A DNA stretch of 64,000 nucleotides from a virus (lineage: Duplodnaviria > Heunggongvirae > Uroviricota > Caudoviricetes). The DNA lies in the IMG/VR virus record IMGVR_UViG_3300043406_000147; one strand, given 5' to 3'. Shown one piece after another: positions 1 to 9,580 of the stretch (positions are counted from its first letter, which is position 1; the number at the start of each line of letters is the position of its first letter). The notes under the pieces are model-generated. The model saw only the letters and a list, made by a program, of their open reading frames with translations. It ran no database searches and was not told the DNA's origin. The position numbers and the translations under genes are program-made.

Positions 1-651
1 TATGATGAGAAATGGCGAGAAGGGGATGAGGGTAACAACTTCTTGATTTCGGACAAATCAGTCAAGGTGGTTCGTAGTCGGAAGTTCCTGATGCTCGGTG
101 GCGAAATGAACGTCGCTGGTGATCAGAGCAAGATGACCCTGATCGAGAACTCGCTGGATGAAGGCTGGGACGTTACCAAGTTCCCGGAGATGAACAACTC
201 CTCACGCATGGGGTCTTTCAGCCGCGGTGCTGAAACAATGTTGGGTGGGGTGGAAGTGAAGTGGATGCTGCGGGCAGCGTCGAACTTACGCATGACCACT
301 GAGTTCTGCGGGACCAAGCTTGGGATCACCGTAGATGTCACGAAAGACGACCTCAAGCATCTGGTTGGGTTCAGTCGAATTACCGATGCTGGGCATACAC
401 CGATCACAACGCAGGAAGAAGCAGGAAAGTATCTCGGTCAACGGATCATGCTGTCTTCACCGCTCTACTGCAAGCTGGACAAAACCGACTACTGTGCCGT
501 TTGTCTTGGCATTCGTTTGAGCAGCACACCTCACGCAATTCCTCAGGCTGTTTCGGCTTATGGTTCTACATTCATGATGCTTCGAATGAAAGCGATGCAC
601 GGGAAGGCATTGTCTGTGCTGAATGTGAACATCGTCGATAGCCTGTGTTGA
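1..651 (+). CDS. hypothetical protein, 5' end truncated by window edge
   Basis: The frame is open from nt 1 to the stop at 649-651. No stop lies upstream of the listed 43 start, so the gene enters from outside the window. Confidence 0.5.
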   Translation, partial: YDEKWREGDEGNNFLISDKSVKVVRSRKFLMLGGEMNVAGDQSKMTLIENSLDEGWDVTKFPEMNNSSRMGSFSRGAETMLGGVEVKWMLRAASNLRMTTEFCGTKLGITVDVTKDDLKHLVGFSRITDAGHTPITTQEEAGKYLGQRIMLSSPLYCKLDKTDYCAVCLGIRLSSTPHAIPQAVSAYGSTFMMLRMKAMHGKALSVLNVNIVDSLC

Positions 652-712
652 TTCAGTAATTAAAAAACCCTGATCTTTAATTCTGTGCGTTGTCGCACAT
701 AGGAGCGCAAAC

Positions 713-1507
713 ATGGCCCGTGGTTTGAAGAAGGCTCTGCCTTTGAAAGCTAGTGCTTTACCCATCACCGAGAAGGAAGTCCCCGTGAGCACCGAAGAAG
801 ACACCCAAGTCAATCAAGAAACCGCAGCACCCGAAGCCCCCGTGCAAGCAATTCAGCCGGAAGAAGTCCGGCTGGAACCCGTTGATGTTCTTCGGGACAT
901 GGCGAAGGATCTGCTGACGCGCAGCGAATTCGAAGCCGCCGTGGCCGAAGAACTGCCCAAGGTCGAAGCACCCAAAGAAGAAGAACCCAAGGTCGAAACC
1001 TCCTCGGTGGTTCGCTTCAACGGCAAGCTGACCATGACCGTCAGCGATGAGATGCTGCAAATGCTGGGCATCATGCAGTCCAAGGGCAATGCCGCGCTGA
1101 CCCCGGTGCTGGACATCATCAACTACACCAGCACCATGCGCCCTGGCGTTCGCAACGACGAGCAACTGGTCCTGGCTGCTCAGATGAGCCTGTACCGTTC
1201 GATCCTGCTGATCATCCGCACGTCGGAAGAATCGTTCAAGCTGGCATGGCTCACGCTGCTGCGACTGGTGCAGGAACACAAGTACAACGGCGCATGGCGT
1301 GACGACTACCTGTTCCGCGGGATGGAGAACATCGGGCTGAACAAGACTCAGCGCGACTTCTTCGTCAGCATCCTGACGCTGCTGAAGGAAACAAGCGATC
1401 CGGCAACCCGCAAGCAGAACGTCAAGCGCATGAAGTTCGATCGTGAGATGCGCTCGGTGCTGACCGAGGTCGATCGTCAACGACTGAAGGAATTCTACGG
1501 TATCTGA
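713..1507 (+). CDS. hypothetical protein with an acidic Pro/Glu/Lys-rich N-terminal region
   Basis: ATG at 713 sits 7 nt after an AGGAG. It opens a 264-aa ORF with coherent codon usage; the long antisense ORF 758-1549 is its mirror. Confidence 0.6.
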   Translation: MARGLKKALPLKASALPITEKEVPVSTEEDTQVNQETAAPEAPVQAIQPEEVRLEPVDVLRDMAKDLLTRSEFEAAVAEELPKVEAPKEEEPKVETSSVVRFNGKLTMTVSDEMLQMLGIMQSKGNAALTPVLDIINYTSTMRPGVRNDEQLVLAAQMSLYRSILLIIRTSEESFKLAWLTLLRLVQEHKYNGAWRDDYLFRGMENIGLNKTQRDFFVSILTLLKETSDPATRKQNVKRMKFDREMRSVLTEVDRQRLKEFYGI

Positions 1508-1570
1508 TACCGCAGAACGGCCTGGCAATGGGGAGGGTGACCTCCCCATTTATGCCGCATCCTACTAAAA

Positions 1571-1602
1571 CTCTATTCCAGATATTTACAATCACATATA
1601 AC
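1571..1602 (+). promoter_or_regulatory. candidate promoter ATTCCA-N16-TATAAC upstream of the lysis-region genes
   Basis: Same motif as at 49091-49116. Confidence 0.4.
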
Positions 1603-1674
1603 TACAGCGAGACACAGACAATAAAAGTCTGATCCACCCACCATCACGCCGTTAGATCGGCACAAGGAACTCGC

Positions 1675-2193
1675 ATGTTTGCACGCTTCATCACCCGTAT
1701 CAAGAATGCCCTCGCTTCTGCAAAAGAGAAGCTGATTGGCTTCTTCACCCGCCATCCGAAAGTGGCTGCCGGCGTCTCGGTGGCTATGACCACTGGTGTC
1801 GCTCTGATTGCGCCGGCTGCTGCTGGCATCGCGTGCACGATTGGTGCCGTCAGCATGGTCGGCGGCATCATCGCCTCCCGCAAGGCAGTGGGTGGCGTCG
1901 TCAAGGCTGCCACTCTGGGACTCGGCATCGCCGGGACGGCTGCTCTGGGCGGCAAGACCAAGGTGGTGATCGCTGCTGCTGCGGCTGCAATTGCAGTGGC
2001 TGCTGGCGCACCGCACATCGCCGTCGCAATCGGCATGGGCTTTGTGTTTGCGTTCGGCGTCGCCATGTTCGCAACGGGCTTCATCGGTTTCGCTATCGGC
2101 CAAGCCCATTCGGCAATCCAGGCTGTGCGTGACCGCAACGCTGCTCGCGGTGTCGAAGAAGTCGAGAGCGAAGAAATCATCTTCGCTTCGTAA
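1675..2193 (+). CDS. Gly/Ala-zipper multi-pass membrane protein (holin-like candidate)
   Basis: A 172-aa ORF after an AAGGAA RBS. Several hydrophobic GxxxG/AxxxA-rich helices and a charged C-terminus; it lies upstream of the endolysin. Confidence 0.5.
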   Translation: MFARFITRIKNALASAKEKLIGFFTRHPKVAAGVSVAMTTGVALIAPAAAGIACTIGAVSMVGGIIASRKAVGGVVKAATLGLGIAGTAALGGKTKVVIAAAAAAIAVAAGAPHIAVAIGMGFVFAFGVAMFATGFIGFAIGQAHSAIQAVRDRNAARGVEEVESEEIIFAS

Positions 2194-2223
2194 TCCATCT
2201 ATCCATCTCCCGTAGGAACCATC

Positions 2224-2664
2224 ATGTTCAAAAACATCATCGAGAAGATCAAAGCTGCTGCTCGCGCAGCAAAGAACGCCGTCCTCGGGACGGCGCAGTG
2301 GGTCATCGAGCGCCTGGGTGGGCTTGCAGCCCCTCTCGCATCCATCGGCGTCTGCGTCGCCGTCGGTGCTGGCGCTGTCAGCGCTGGCGCCGCCATCGCC
2401 GTCACGGCCGCTGTGGCCGTGGCAGGGTATGCCTCTGTGGCCGCAGACGTTGGCGCCGATGTCGCCATCTCCAGCGCCAAGTCCGACGCGAAGTCGACCG
2501 CAGCGAAGTTCGTCATCATCGGCGCGCTGATGGTCCCGTTCATTCCTGGCATCGGTCTGGGTCTCGTCATCAACGGAGTCATGGGACTCGCCCTGAACTC
2601 GATTTACCGGGCCTCGATCGTGGCCGGATACAATCAAGGCACGCCCATCGCAGCAACTGCATAA
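2224..2664 (+). CDS. Gly/Ala-zipper membrane protein, paralogue of 1675-2193
   Basis: 146 aa with the same N-terminal pattern (MF..I..IK.A...AK) followed by Gly/Ala-rich TM helices. RBS AGGAA. Confidence 0.5.
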   Translation: MFKNIIEKIKAAARAAKNAVLGTAQWVIERLGGLAAPLASIGVCVAVGAGAVSAGAAIAVTAAVAVAGYASVAADVGADVAISSAKSDAKSTAAKFVIIGALMVPFIPGIGLGLVINGVMGLALNSIYRASIVAGYNQGTPIAATA

Positions 2665-2674
2665 GGAAGCGGAA

Positions 2675-3058
2675 ATGAAGAACGTCAAGAAATACACCCC
2701 GGCCGCCGAAGCGGCAATGATTCTTCTGAATCTTGCCGATCGGGGGCGGTTTGAGGACGGGAAGGGGAAGCTGCACGATGCCACGTGGATCGGCATCTGG
2801 AGCGATGGCGACAAAGTCGCCGCTGTTGCGCTGATTCAGAATGCTCGACGACCACTGGTCGGACTCGGTTACGACAAAGAGTTGAGGCAAGTGTTCGTGG
2901 GGACCAAGATGTTTGGTCGCCCCATCGAGATTGCTGACGAAGTGCTGGCTGCAGTACAGAGTTACAACCAAAAGAGCCGGGAGATTGGCTCTGGTGGGTT
3001 CATTTTGAAAGTGGTAGACTATACCACGGACGGTACTGTCCATGAACTCTCCATCTGA
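2675..3058 (+). CDS. hypothetical protein
   Basis: A 127-aa ORF with an AAGGAAG RBS 6 nt upstream. It lies between the membrane-protein pair and the endolysin. Confidence 0.5.
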   Translation: MKNVKKYTPAAEAAMILLNLADRGRFEDGKGKLHDATWIGIWSDGDKVAAVALIQNARRPLVGLGYDKELRQVFVGTKMFGRPIEIADEVLAAVQSYNQKSREIGSGGFILKVVDYTTDGTVHELSI

Positions 3059-3148
3059 AGACCCCTGTGCGAGGGGGCAGGAAAAGAATCTTATAGTCGG
3101 GAGCTTAGGCTCCCGAGCGTGGGGACCTCTTTTTTTTTCTGGAAGAAC

Positions 3149-3958
3149 ATGTCGAAATACCCGCATCCTGAAGTATCCTTAGAAATCCGACTCTTACAGA
3201 GGGCACTCAACGAAATCGTCAAAACGCATTTAGACTTGACTGGTGTATTCGATGAAAGGACGAAGCGGGCGCTTGGCCGATATCAGTCGCAGCAAAAGTT
3301 CATGGAATACGACAAGGCAGGCACGTCGTATGGTTCGGAAAGCCGAGCAAGACTGGGTGTGTATATCGAAGAGCGCTTCATTACAGAAAGAACTGTGCAG
3401 GCCGCAGCTGACATGTTAGAAGTCAAGCTCTCGAACTTAAAAACAGCCATCGGTATTTTCTCACATGGGGACGGCTTCGACCCATCCGGGCTGATTCGGT
3501 TGTCTTTCAATCGCTACCGTTTTTATAACGAGCTGGTTTCGAAACTTGGCAAGAGTGCTGCTGACGAACTTCAGCAAACCAACCCTGATCTGATTCTTCT
3601 TGGTGGTCATTCAAAACCCCCGAGCCTTTTTGAAGTTCATGCGTTCAATCAAGCTGCAAAGCTTGAAGAAGTTTCAGCTTCTAAGTCCTGTATCGTGGGG
3701 ATGTTTCAGGTAAGCTCCGCCGAGTATTTACAGCATGGCTATAAAACCCCACAAGAAATGCTGAGTTCATACAACGTGAGTGAGGTTGAGCAGCTGATGA
3801 GTTTTTGTCGGTTCTTGAAGAATCGCCAGTCTCTGCTTGACGCCCTGCGAAAATCTGATTGGACGACTTTTTACCACCGAGCAGGTGACCTTAACGTCAG
3901 AAAGGTTTCGCCAGCCGGCATCGGTAACCTCTGGTTGACGCATTTGAGTGGCGGGTAA
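3149..3958 (+). CDS. endolysin: N-terminal peptidoglycan-binding domain (PG_binding_1-like) plus a muramidase-like (DUF3380-type) domain
   Basis: The N-terminus EVSLEIRLLQRALNEIV...GVFDERTKRALGRYQSQQKF matches the LQ..L...G.....DG.FG..T..A...FQ peptidoglycan-binding repeat. The ATG at 3149 is preferred over the GTG at 3119. Confidence 0.55.
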   Translation: MSKYPHPEVSLEIRLLQRALNEIVKTHLDLTGVFDERTKRALGRYQSQQKFMEYDKAGTSYGSESRARLGVYIEERFITERTVQAAADMLEVKLSNLKTAIGIFSHGDGFDPSGLIRLSFNRYRFYNELVSKLGKSAADELQQTNPDLILLGGHSKPPSLFEVHAFNQAAKLEEVSASKSCIVGMFQVSSAEYLQHGYKTPQEMLSSYNVSEVEQLMSFCRFLKNRQSLLDALRKSDWTTFYHRAGDLNVRKVSPAGIGNLWLTHLSGG

Positions 3959-4023
3959 ACACGCATGGTCCGCCTCTCCATCTGGGTTTTTACGCCCAGA
4001 TGGAGAGGCAGTATGCCGCCTAC

Positions 4024-5766
4024 TTAGTTCAGGTAAATGTTAGTCGGTTTGACTTGGCTAACACCGCACCCTTCGACAGTTCTTCCAGTCGACAGGAGAT
4101 AGGCATTAAGCATTTCATCCAGATTTGGCATGTGCAGAATATCGTTGCAGAACTCAAGGGCGTTGACGTGACCTGCTGAGAAGTTGATGACGTTCATGCG
4201 GACGGTTTGAACATCCACACCGCGGATCTTTACCAGCTCTCGAACCGTTGTTTCTTTGGAAATATTGGCTGCGTCTTCACCTGTCGGATAGGCAGCGCGC
4301 ACATCCAAGTCAGAAGTTCCAATTCGAATTGTAGTTCTCAGTGTTGGATCTTCTTCAATCAGACATAGCCCGGAATCCGTGATTGGATGTGATGGTAACA
4401 TCACGATCCATTCATCCAACCCCCAAGTCATCTCGTCGTACTCGTCCGACATCTTAGCACCGGTACTGCCGATGACATGTGGCGGGTCGTATTTAAGTTG
4501 GAAAGAATGTAGCTTGTCTACTTTTCTTCTTGGTTGGGAATTAAATCGGCTGAAGTCTGAACAGCCTGAATAGAGCGGCAACTTCACTTGCAAGTCGACA
4601 GTCTCTTCGTCAAGAAGCTCAACACCGATACAGTCAAAAATGTTGTACACCACGTATTCCAGCGGGTACTGTGACTGCATGAACACGTGCCATTGTGCCT
4701 TGTTAGTAATGTGATCGGCTTGAGCAAAGCTCAGCTTGCGCATCCCTAAGTGCTTGAACAGGATAGAATCCAACGCGTAGCTTGGTTCTTCGGCTTGTCC
4801 TTGTCGGATTTGGCGGTATGCGCACATGGCATCCACCCAGACAAAGGAGGCTGGCGCAAAAACGTAGTGCCATCTTTGAGACGGCTTGAAAACCTGAACA
4901 ACGCCTGATGACGTTATCTTCTTAGCAGGGCCGACTTTTAGTCTATAACTTCTGAACTCAAGAGGGACTGAGGGGTCGCAGAACAAGTCAGCGATATCGA
5001 CTTCGGCCCTTTTACATGCTTCTTCAATTTTCTCCAAATCGAAGAGCATGTTCCAAGCAGCCAAAAAGTCTGGCTTCCATTCATGCGCTTTCCCGATTGT
5101 TTTGAATAGAATGTCAATTTCAGAATCGACAATTTCAACATCAAGCTTGATGTTTCTTTTTGTTAGAATCTCGCCCAAATACTTGTCGGCAAGACTCTTG
5201 ATGTGGTCAACCGGATTACCGTACTTTCTTACGAAATGGTCAGTGACAGCCGTGTAGACTTTCTCTTTGTAAGAGATCGTCGCCATGATGATCTGCTTGT
5301 TCCCGTCCACCATGTCTGTCTCTGTATCGAAAACAGCTACGCTATAGGGGGACTTAACGTCCGGGAACTTATCCATGTAATACTGCTTGATCAAAGCAGT
5401 GCTGTCGATGTCCGAACCGTACAGGTATGGGCTGTTCGACAAATCTCGCAAAGTCCCACGAAACCAAGGCGTGCCAAGTGCACGAGCGACGGATTGCGTC
5501 AGCTTAGTTTGCGTTGTCTTGAATTCGTTCAGCTTAGAGAGTTCTTCTCTTTCTTTTTTGCTCTTGTGATTTTGGAAACCTTTTTTGGTCACCCAAAATT
5601 GACGCTGGTAATTTGTGATGATTCTGGTCTGCGGTACTTTGCGACCATCTGCATAATGAGCGATCTCTTTGACGAAATGAATGTCGTCATCGGACTCGCA
5701 GGATCTGGAATAAAACACGCTCCTACATTCATAAGCAATCGGTTTATCTAAGGCTGATGAGGTCAT
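4024..5766 (-). CDS. DEDDy 3'-5' exonuclease-domain protein (possible exonuclease moiety of a split B-family DNA polymerase)
   Basis: A 580-aa ORF. Exo I-like FDTETD, Exo II-like AAWNMLFD and Exo III-like YNIFD motifs occur in the canonical order. Confidence 0.4.
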   Translation of the reverse strand: MTSSALDKPIAYECRSVFYSRSCESDDDIHFVKEIAHYADGRKVPQTRIITNYQRQFWVTKKGFQNHKSKKEREELSKLNEFKTTQTKLTQSVARALGTPWFRGTLRDLSNSPYLYGSDIDSTALIKQYYMDKFPDVKSPYSVAVFDTETDMVDGNKQIIMATISYKEKVYTAVTDHFVRKYGNPVDHIKSLADKYLGEILTKRNIKLDVEIVDSEIDILFKTIGKAHEWKPDFLAAWNMLFDLEKIEEACKRAEVDIADLFCDPSVPLEFRSYRLKVGPAKKITSSGVVQVFKPSQRWHYVFAPASFVWVDAMCAYRQIRQGQAEEPSYALDSILFKHLGMRKLSFAQADHITNKAQWHVFMQSQYPLEYVVYNIFDCIGVELLDEETVDLQVKLPLYSGCSDFSRFNSQPRRKVDKLHSFQLKYDPPHVIGSTGAKMSDEYDEMTWGLDEWIVMLPSHPITDSGLCLIEEDPTLRTTIRIGTSDLDVRAAYPTGEDAANISKETTVRELVKIRGVDVQTVRMNVINFSAGHVNALEFCNDILHMPNLDEMLNAYLLSTGRTVEGCGVSQVKPTNIYLN

Positions 5767-5966
5767 GGCGGAGGGTAAGTTAAATCGTTTGAAGAACCCG
5801 AGGGGGTAAGCCTTGATAGCTTATTCTCGTACTTGAAGAGGTGTGACTACTTTGACGCTGGTAGGATTGCGTCACCATCTGATAGTTGGGTTTGGTTGTT
5901 TTTGAATCGTTCTTCCAGAGCATCGTTTAACCCCTTGAACACTGACGTGTAGAAAAAGCAGGTACC

Positions 5967-7259
5967 ATGAAAGTCCAACTCGGAATCCTCAATCGGAGGT
6001 TTGGTCTGGAATCAATCGACTTTCAAGATGGGTCTTTTTTCAAAGACCTGACGAAAGCAATTGAAAACCTCCAATCTGACAAAGAAGCAAAGAAGTACAA
6101 GAAGAAAGACTTCTACACCTGTAAGGGTGTGAAAGCCGTGGTTGATGTGGTCAAAGAGCACACCAATATCAACGTGTGGTTTTCGGATGGTGGGCCGGCG
6201 ATCTACACCCCAAACGTCAATGCAAGCCACATCTTCTACGATCACGAGCTGATCGAGATGTTCGAGTGGGAGAAGGAAGCCGAAAAAGATGTGACCCAGC
6301 TGATGAAAAAGCTCAAGGTCAACGCCATCACTGGCATTGTTGACATGCGGAACTCGAAGGTTGGTGGGGCATTCGAAAAAATGCTTTTCAACGTGATGAT
6401 GCCGTACGACATGCTCACGCGCACTACTTTCCCGGCAGATGAAGTCTCTGCTATTCTGATCCACGAAATTGGTCACGCATTCACGTTCTTGGAATACGCA
6501 TGCCGACAAATCACCACCAATCACGCTCTGCAGAACTTGGTGCGGATACTGGACAAGAGCTTCGACAATGAAAAACGAGTGATGTTGTTTGACCAAGCAG
6601 CAAAGTCGATGGAGATGAGCGCTGAGCGCACGCGTGCTCTGAAAGAGTGCAAGACGGCTGAGCAGCTCACAGTGGTGGTGATGGATCAAGCAGTCTCTCA
6701 CTGTAAGTCGGAGCTGGGTGGGTCTGTCTATGACGTGAACTCGTGTGAATACTTGGCGGATCAGTTTGCTGCACGACATGGCGCTGGGCGTGCTTTGGTG
6801 ACCGGGCTTGATCGGCTGTTCAAAGACTACGGAATGACGCAACGCGAAATGAACTTTGCAGAAAACGCATTCTGGGTTTTCATGCTGATCACTTCTGCGA
6901 TGACGATGGGGATGGCATTCCCGATCTGGGCTTTGCTTATGATTTTTGGGCCGGATAAGAGTGCCCAGATCTACGACAACGCCAACGCACGGATGAACCG
7001 TGTCAAGCTGCAGATCGTTGAGAAACTCAAGGACCCGAACATCGAAGGTGCGACTCGCGCAATGCTGCTCGACGAAGTCAAGGCCATCGAAAAATGCATG
7101 GAAAACTACGATGATGAACTCAATCGTAGTGAAAAGGTAGCGTATTTCTTCCGGCCTGCGTATCGCAAAGCACACGACATCGAGCAGATCCAAAAAGATC
7201 TTGAGAAGCTCGCGGCTTCGGACATGTTCGTCACCGCTGCCAAATTGAAAATGATTTGA
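5967..7259 (+). CDS. HExxH zinc-metallopeptidase-like protein
   Basis: Contains the motif ILIHEIGHAF (HExxH) and a C-terminal hydrophobic segment. 430 aa. Confidence 0.45.
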   Translation: MKVQLGILNRRFGLESIDFQDGSFFKDLTKAIENLQSDKEAKKYKKKDFYTCKGVKAVVDVVKEHTNINVWFSDGGPAIYTPNVNASHIFYDHELIEMFEWEKEAEKDVTQLMKKLKVNAITGIVDMRNSKVGGAFEKMLFNVMMPYDMLTRTTFPADEVSAILIHEIGHAFTFLEYACRQITTNHALQNLVRILDKSFDNEKRVMLFDQAAKSMEMSAERTRALKECKTAEQLTVVVMDQAVSHCKSELGGSVYDVNSCEYLADQFAARHGAGRALVTGLDRLFKDYGMTQREMNFAENAFWVFMLITSAMTMGMAFPIWALLMIFGPDKSAQIYDNANARMNRVKLQIVEKLKDPNIEGATRAMLLDEVKAIEKCMENYDDELNRSEKVAYFFRPAYRKAHDIEQIQKDLEKLAASDMFVTAAKLKMI

Positions 7260-7304
7260 TTGACAGCTTGATCGCTGCTTCTTCTACTTGACTACAGGTG
7301 ACAT

Positions 7305-7763
7305 ATGCTTCAAACGAATCTTCTCGAACTCTCCGGCTTTCTGAAATCGAAAGTCGTCAACATGGGTGATCTGAAAAAGGCCACCAGCATCGCGCTCGGG
7401 ATTGGTCTGAGCTTTCGGCTCCAAGTCCCAACGTCCGATGGTGGGCATGTGGCTCACTACGACAGCGTGCTGGTCCACAGTGCGCTGAAGATGATCAGTG
7501 ATTTCAACGAAACGATCCTCGTGGACGTTGATCTGGCTGCCCGCACTTGCCGATCGTATTGGTTGATGCGCTATGCAGCAGCGACTCGCAATCCCACCGG
7601 CATCGCATCCCCGAATGCGAAGGGGTCTTTCACCGAAAAGATCTTCGGAATGCACCACTACGCCATTCCGGAAGTGCAGGATTTTCTGGAAAACAACTCC
7701 GAGGTGATGGTGGTCATCATCAATCGGATGTCCATGGTGCTCGGCCCCGCCGAACAAGTCTGA
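7305..7763 (+). CDS. hypothetical protein
   Basis: A 152-aa ORF with an AGGTGA RBS. Confidence 0.45.
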   Translation: MLQTNLLELSGFLKSKVVNMGDLKKATSIALGIGLSFRLQVPTSDGGHVAHYDSVLVHSALKMISDFNETILVDVDLAARTCRSYWLMRYAAATRNPTGIASPNAKGSFTEKIFGMHHYAIPEVQDFLENNSEVMVVIINRMSMVLGPAEQV

Positions 7764-7872
7764 TCGCTCGCTGAGTTCAGCTGAGGGTGGGGAAACCCAC
7801 CCTCTATGCTGTATTGTAAAAATGTACAGACATGTACTATTTAGAGGTACATCAACTCGTTAAGAGGAACTC

Positions 7873-8457
7873 ATGGAACTCGATCAATCGTACGTGGAAG
7901 ACTATCCCATCATCGAAGTTGCTGCGACGATGAACGTCAGCATGACGCGCGTTCAAGAACTCGTAAAGCAACGGCGCCTGCACCGAGGGCCGGACCGGCG
8001 CCAAACGGCATGCATCACTCGGGCCAGCCTGGTCACCTTCTTTGGGGGTGAGGAGGTTTTCCAGACAAAATTTCTAGAGATCAGAAAGGCGCAGATCGAG
8101 AAGGCTGGGAAGTATTCTCGTGGATCGAACAGACATCCTGTTCTTACGGCTCCCGGCGCTGCGCTGTTATGCGACCTGAGACCCTCTGACATTCACCTGC
8201 TTTGTGAGAAGGGCGAGATCCCTCACTACAAAACCGCTGGCAGGCATCGGCGCATAAGCCTGATCGACCTGGAGAAGTGGCACCTCCTGACTCGCGGTAA
8301 GCACATATCCCCTCTGGTTCTGGCACACTTGCAGGACTGGATCTCGGCTCCGGCTGAGGAGGCTCAGAAAACTAGCACGAGTATCTGTGACAAGTGTGCA
8401 GATGTGGATGTTCGTGAGGCGTACGCCGACTACACGTCTCCAAAAGCTACGGAGTAA
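7873..8457 (+). CDS. DNA-binding protein with two tandem excisionase/MerR-type helix-turn-helix domains
   Basis: Two repeats: (EVAATMNVSMTRVQELVKQRRL) and (IPHYKTAGRHRRISLIDLEKW), the second matching the excisionase-family HTH consensus. AGAGGA RBS. A TACTAT promoter-like motif lies upstream. Confidence 0.5.
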   Translation: MELDQSYVEDYPIIEVAATMNVSMTRVQELVKQRRLHRGPDRRQTACITRASLVTFFGGEEVFQTKFLEIRKAQIEKAGKYSRGSNRHPVLTAPGAALLCDLRPSDIHLLCEKGEIPHYKTAGRHRRISLIDLEKWHLLTRGKHISPLVLAHLQDWISAPAEEAQKTSTSICDKCADVDVREAYADYTSPKATE

Positions 8458-8584
8458 ATATTTATAGGTACTTCTATGGTATAGGAAACTAGCCGCGTGC
8501 GGCCACTTGCATCTCCCTGCGGGGTATTGCCGGAGGCCGCAGAGTCGTCTAGTAGCTGGGTACTACTCCAGCAAGGGGAGATCC

Positions 8585-8914
8585 ATGACGCCAATAAGAC
8601 CCCTGTCTGTTCTTCGGCGGTTCAAGTCAAGGTTAGGAGCCACATTGAGAGTTTTAGTAGTAGACGGCTTTTGCAGAAGTATCGCACGAGCAGTGAGAAC
8701 GATCTTGATGGATGCTTGTTCTTTGTTTGCAGAGGTGGACCAAAGTACACGGTACACCTTCACTGGCACCTTGTGGGCTGGTGATTGCATGGGGCGGTCT
8801 GAGACCGACATGCGCTGTAATCGGCAAGCGTTGAACGCTCGCTTGGATATGGTCGGAATCCGGTATCCAAAACCAATGACGCCACATTGTCACTGGTCAT
8901 GTAGCCGATTGTGA
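8585..8914 (+). CDS. small Cys/His-rich hypothetical protein (start uncertain)
   Basis: ATG at 8585 preceded by an AAGGGGAG RBS. The region 8460-8950 has competing ORFs in several frames, so coding status is uncertain. Confidence 0.3.
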   Translation: MTPIRPLSVLRRFKSRLGATLRVLVVDGFCRSIARAVRTILMDACSLFAEVDQSTRYTFTGTLWAGDCMGRSETDMRCNRQALNARLDMVGIRYPKPMTPHCHWSCSRL

Positions 8915-9007
8915 CGATCTAAGCGATCAAACAACCACAAAAGGCACGGGTGGTGCGGGTTCGTCCCGCACCATTTATGCTGTTAGTTCCTACTTCAGGA
9001 GAACGAC

Positions 9008-9580
9008 ATGAATTTTATCGAAGACGACAACTATCAAAAAGATTTCATGGCGGGTCTGCTTGCAGCACTGTTCACACGGAACAAGCCGTTCGCAGGGCCT
9101 GCGAGTGTTGTGAGCGTCTGCGCCATGACGCGTCTGGAGACGCACACTGAGCAATCATTCATCGTCACCCACGGCCTGGCTTACCCTCGGGATTACATCG
9201 AACGCACGTGGGGTCCCGTGTACCAGGTGCTTCAAGACCTGTTTGCAATCAGTGAGTTCTACCTCACCGATTTGGATTCAATGAATCCAACTGCTTTCTG
9301 GGAAGTGCGGCTGACGGACCTGGCGAATCTCAAGCGGTTTGACTACCCATTTGACCATCTCCCACCACAACACAACCAATCGACCTACTACGCTGGGGTG
9401 CATTATTCCCGGATTGTTCTGACGAACTACATTGAAGCCGCTAAGAAAGAAAAAGCGGCCTTGATCGAAAAAGGTGTCGTCACCGATAAAACGGGTGAAG
9501 GTGAGAACGCACGGGAAGAGCGCAGGCGCTTGGCCCGGCTGACTTCAGTTCTGAACTTTTTCACTGCGAAGGAATTCTGA
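9008..9580 (+). CDS. hypothetical protein
   Basis: A 190-aa ORF with an AGGAG RBS, immediately after a terminator hairpin and a TATGCTG motif. Confidence 0.5.
   Translation: MNFIEDDNYQKDFMAGLLAALFTRNKPFAGPASVVSVCAMTRLETHTEQSFIVTHGLAYPRDYIERTWGPVYQVLQDLFAISEFYLTDLDSMNPTAFWEVRLTDLANLKRFDYPFDHLPPQHNQSTYYAGVHYSRIVLTNYIEAAKKEKAALIEKGVVTDKTGEGENAREERRRLARLTSVLNFFTAKEF

Noticed and set aside
758-2814. Long minus-strand ORFs (758-1549, 1573-2814, 1644-2198, 2199-2582) overlapping the plus-strand genes
   Set aside because: They are mirror-frame artefacts of GC-rich plus-strand genes with a strong third-position bias. They have Arg/Ala/Gly-rich low-complexity translations and no RBS. The plus-strand genes have RBSs and tight operon spacing.
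7873-8457. The excisionase-type HTH protein as evidence for a temperate lifestyle or integration module
   Set aside because: No integrase, attachment-site-like tRNA flank or repressor gene is present in the window. Tandem HTH proteins of this type also occur as ordinary transcription regulators in virulent phages.
8497-8914. Alternative frames 8497-8784, 8507-8914 (TTG start), 8563-8811(-) and 8654-8893(-) in the ambiguous region
   Set aside because: No RBS, implausible starts and mutually overlapping; only the ATG-8585 model has a Shine-Dalgarno sequence.
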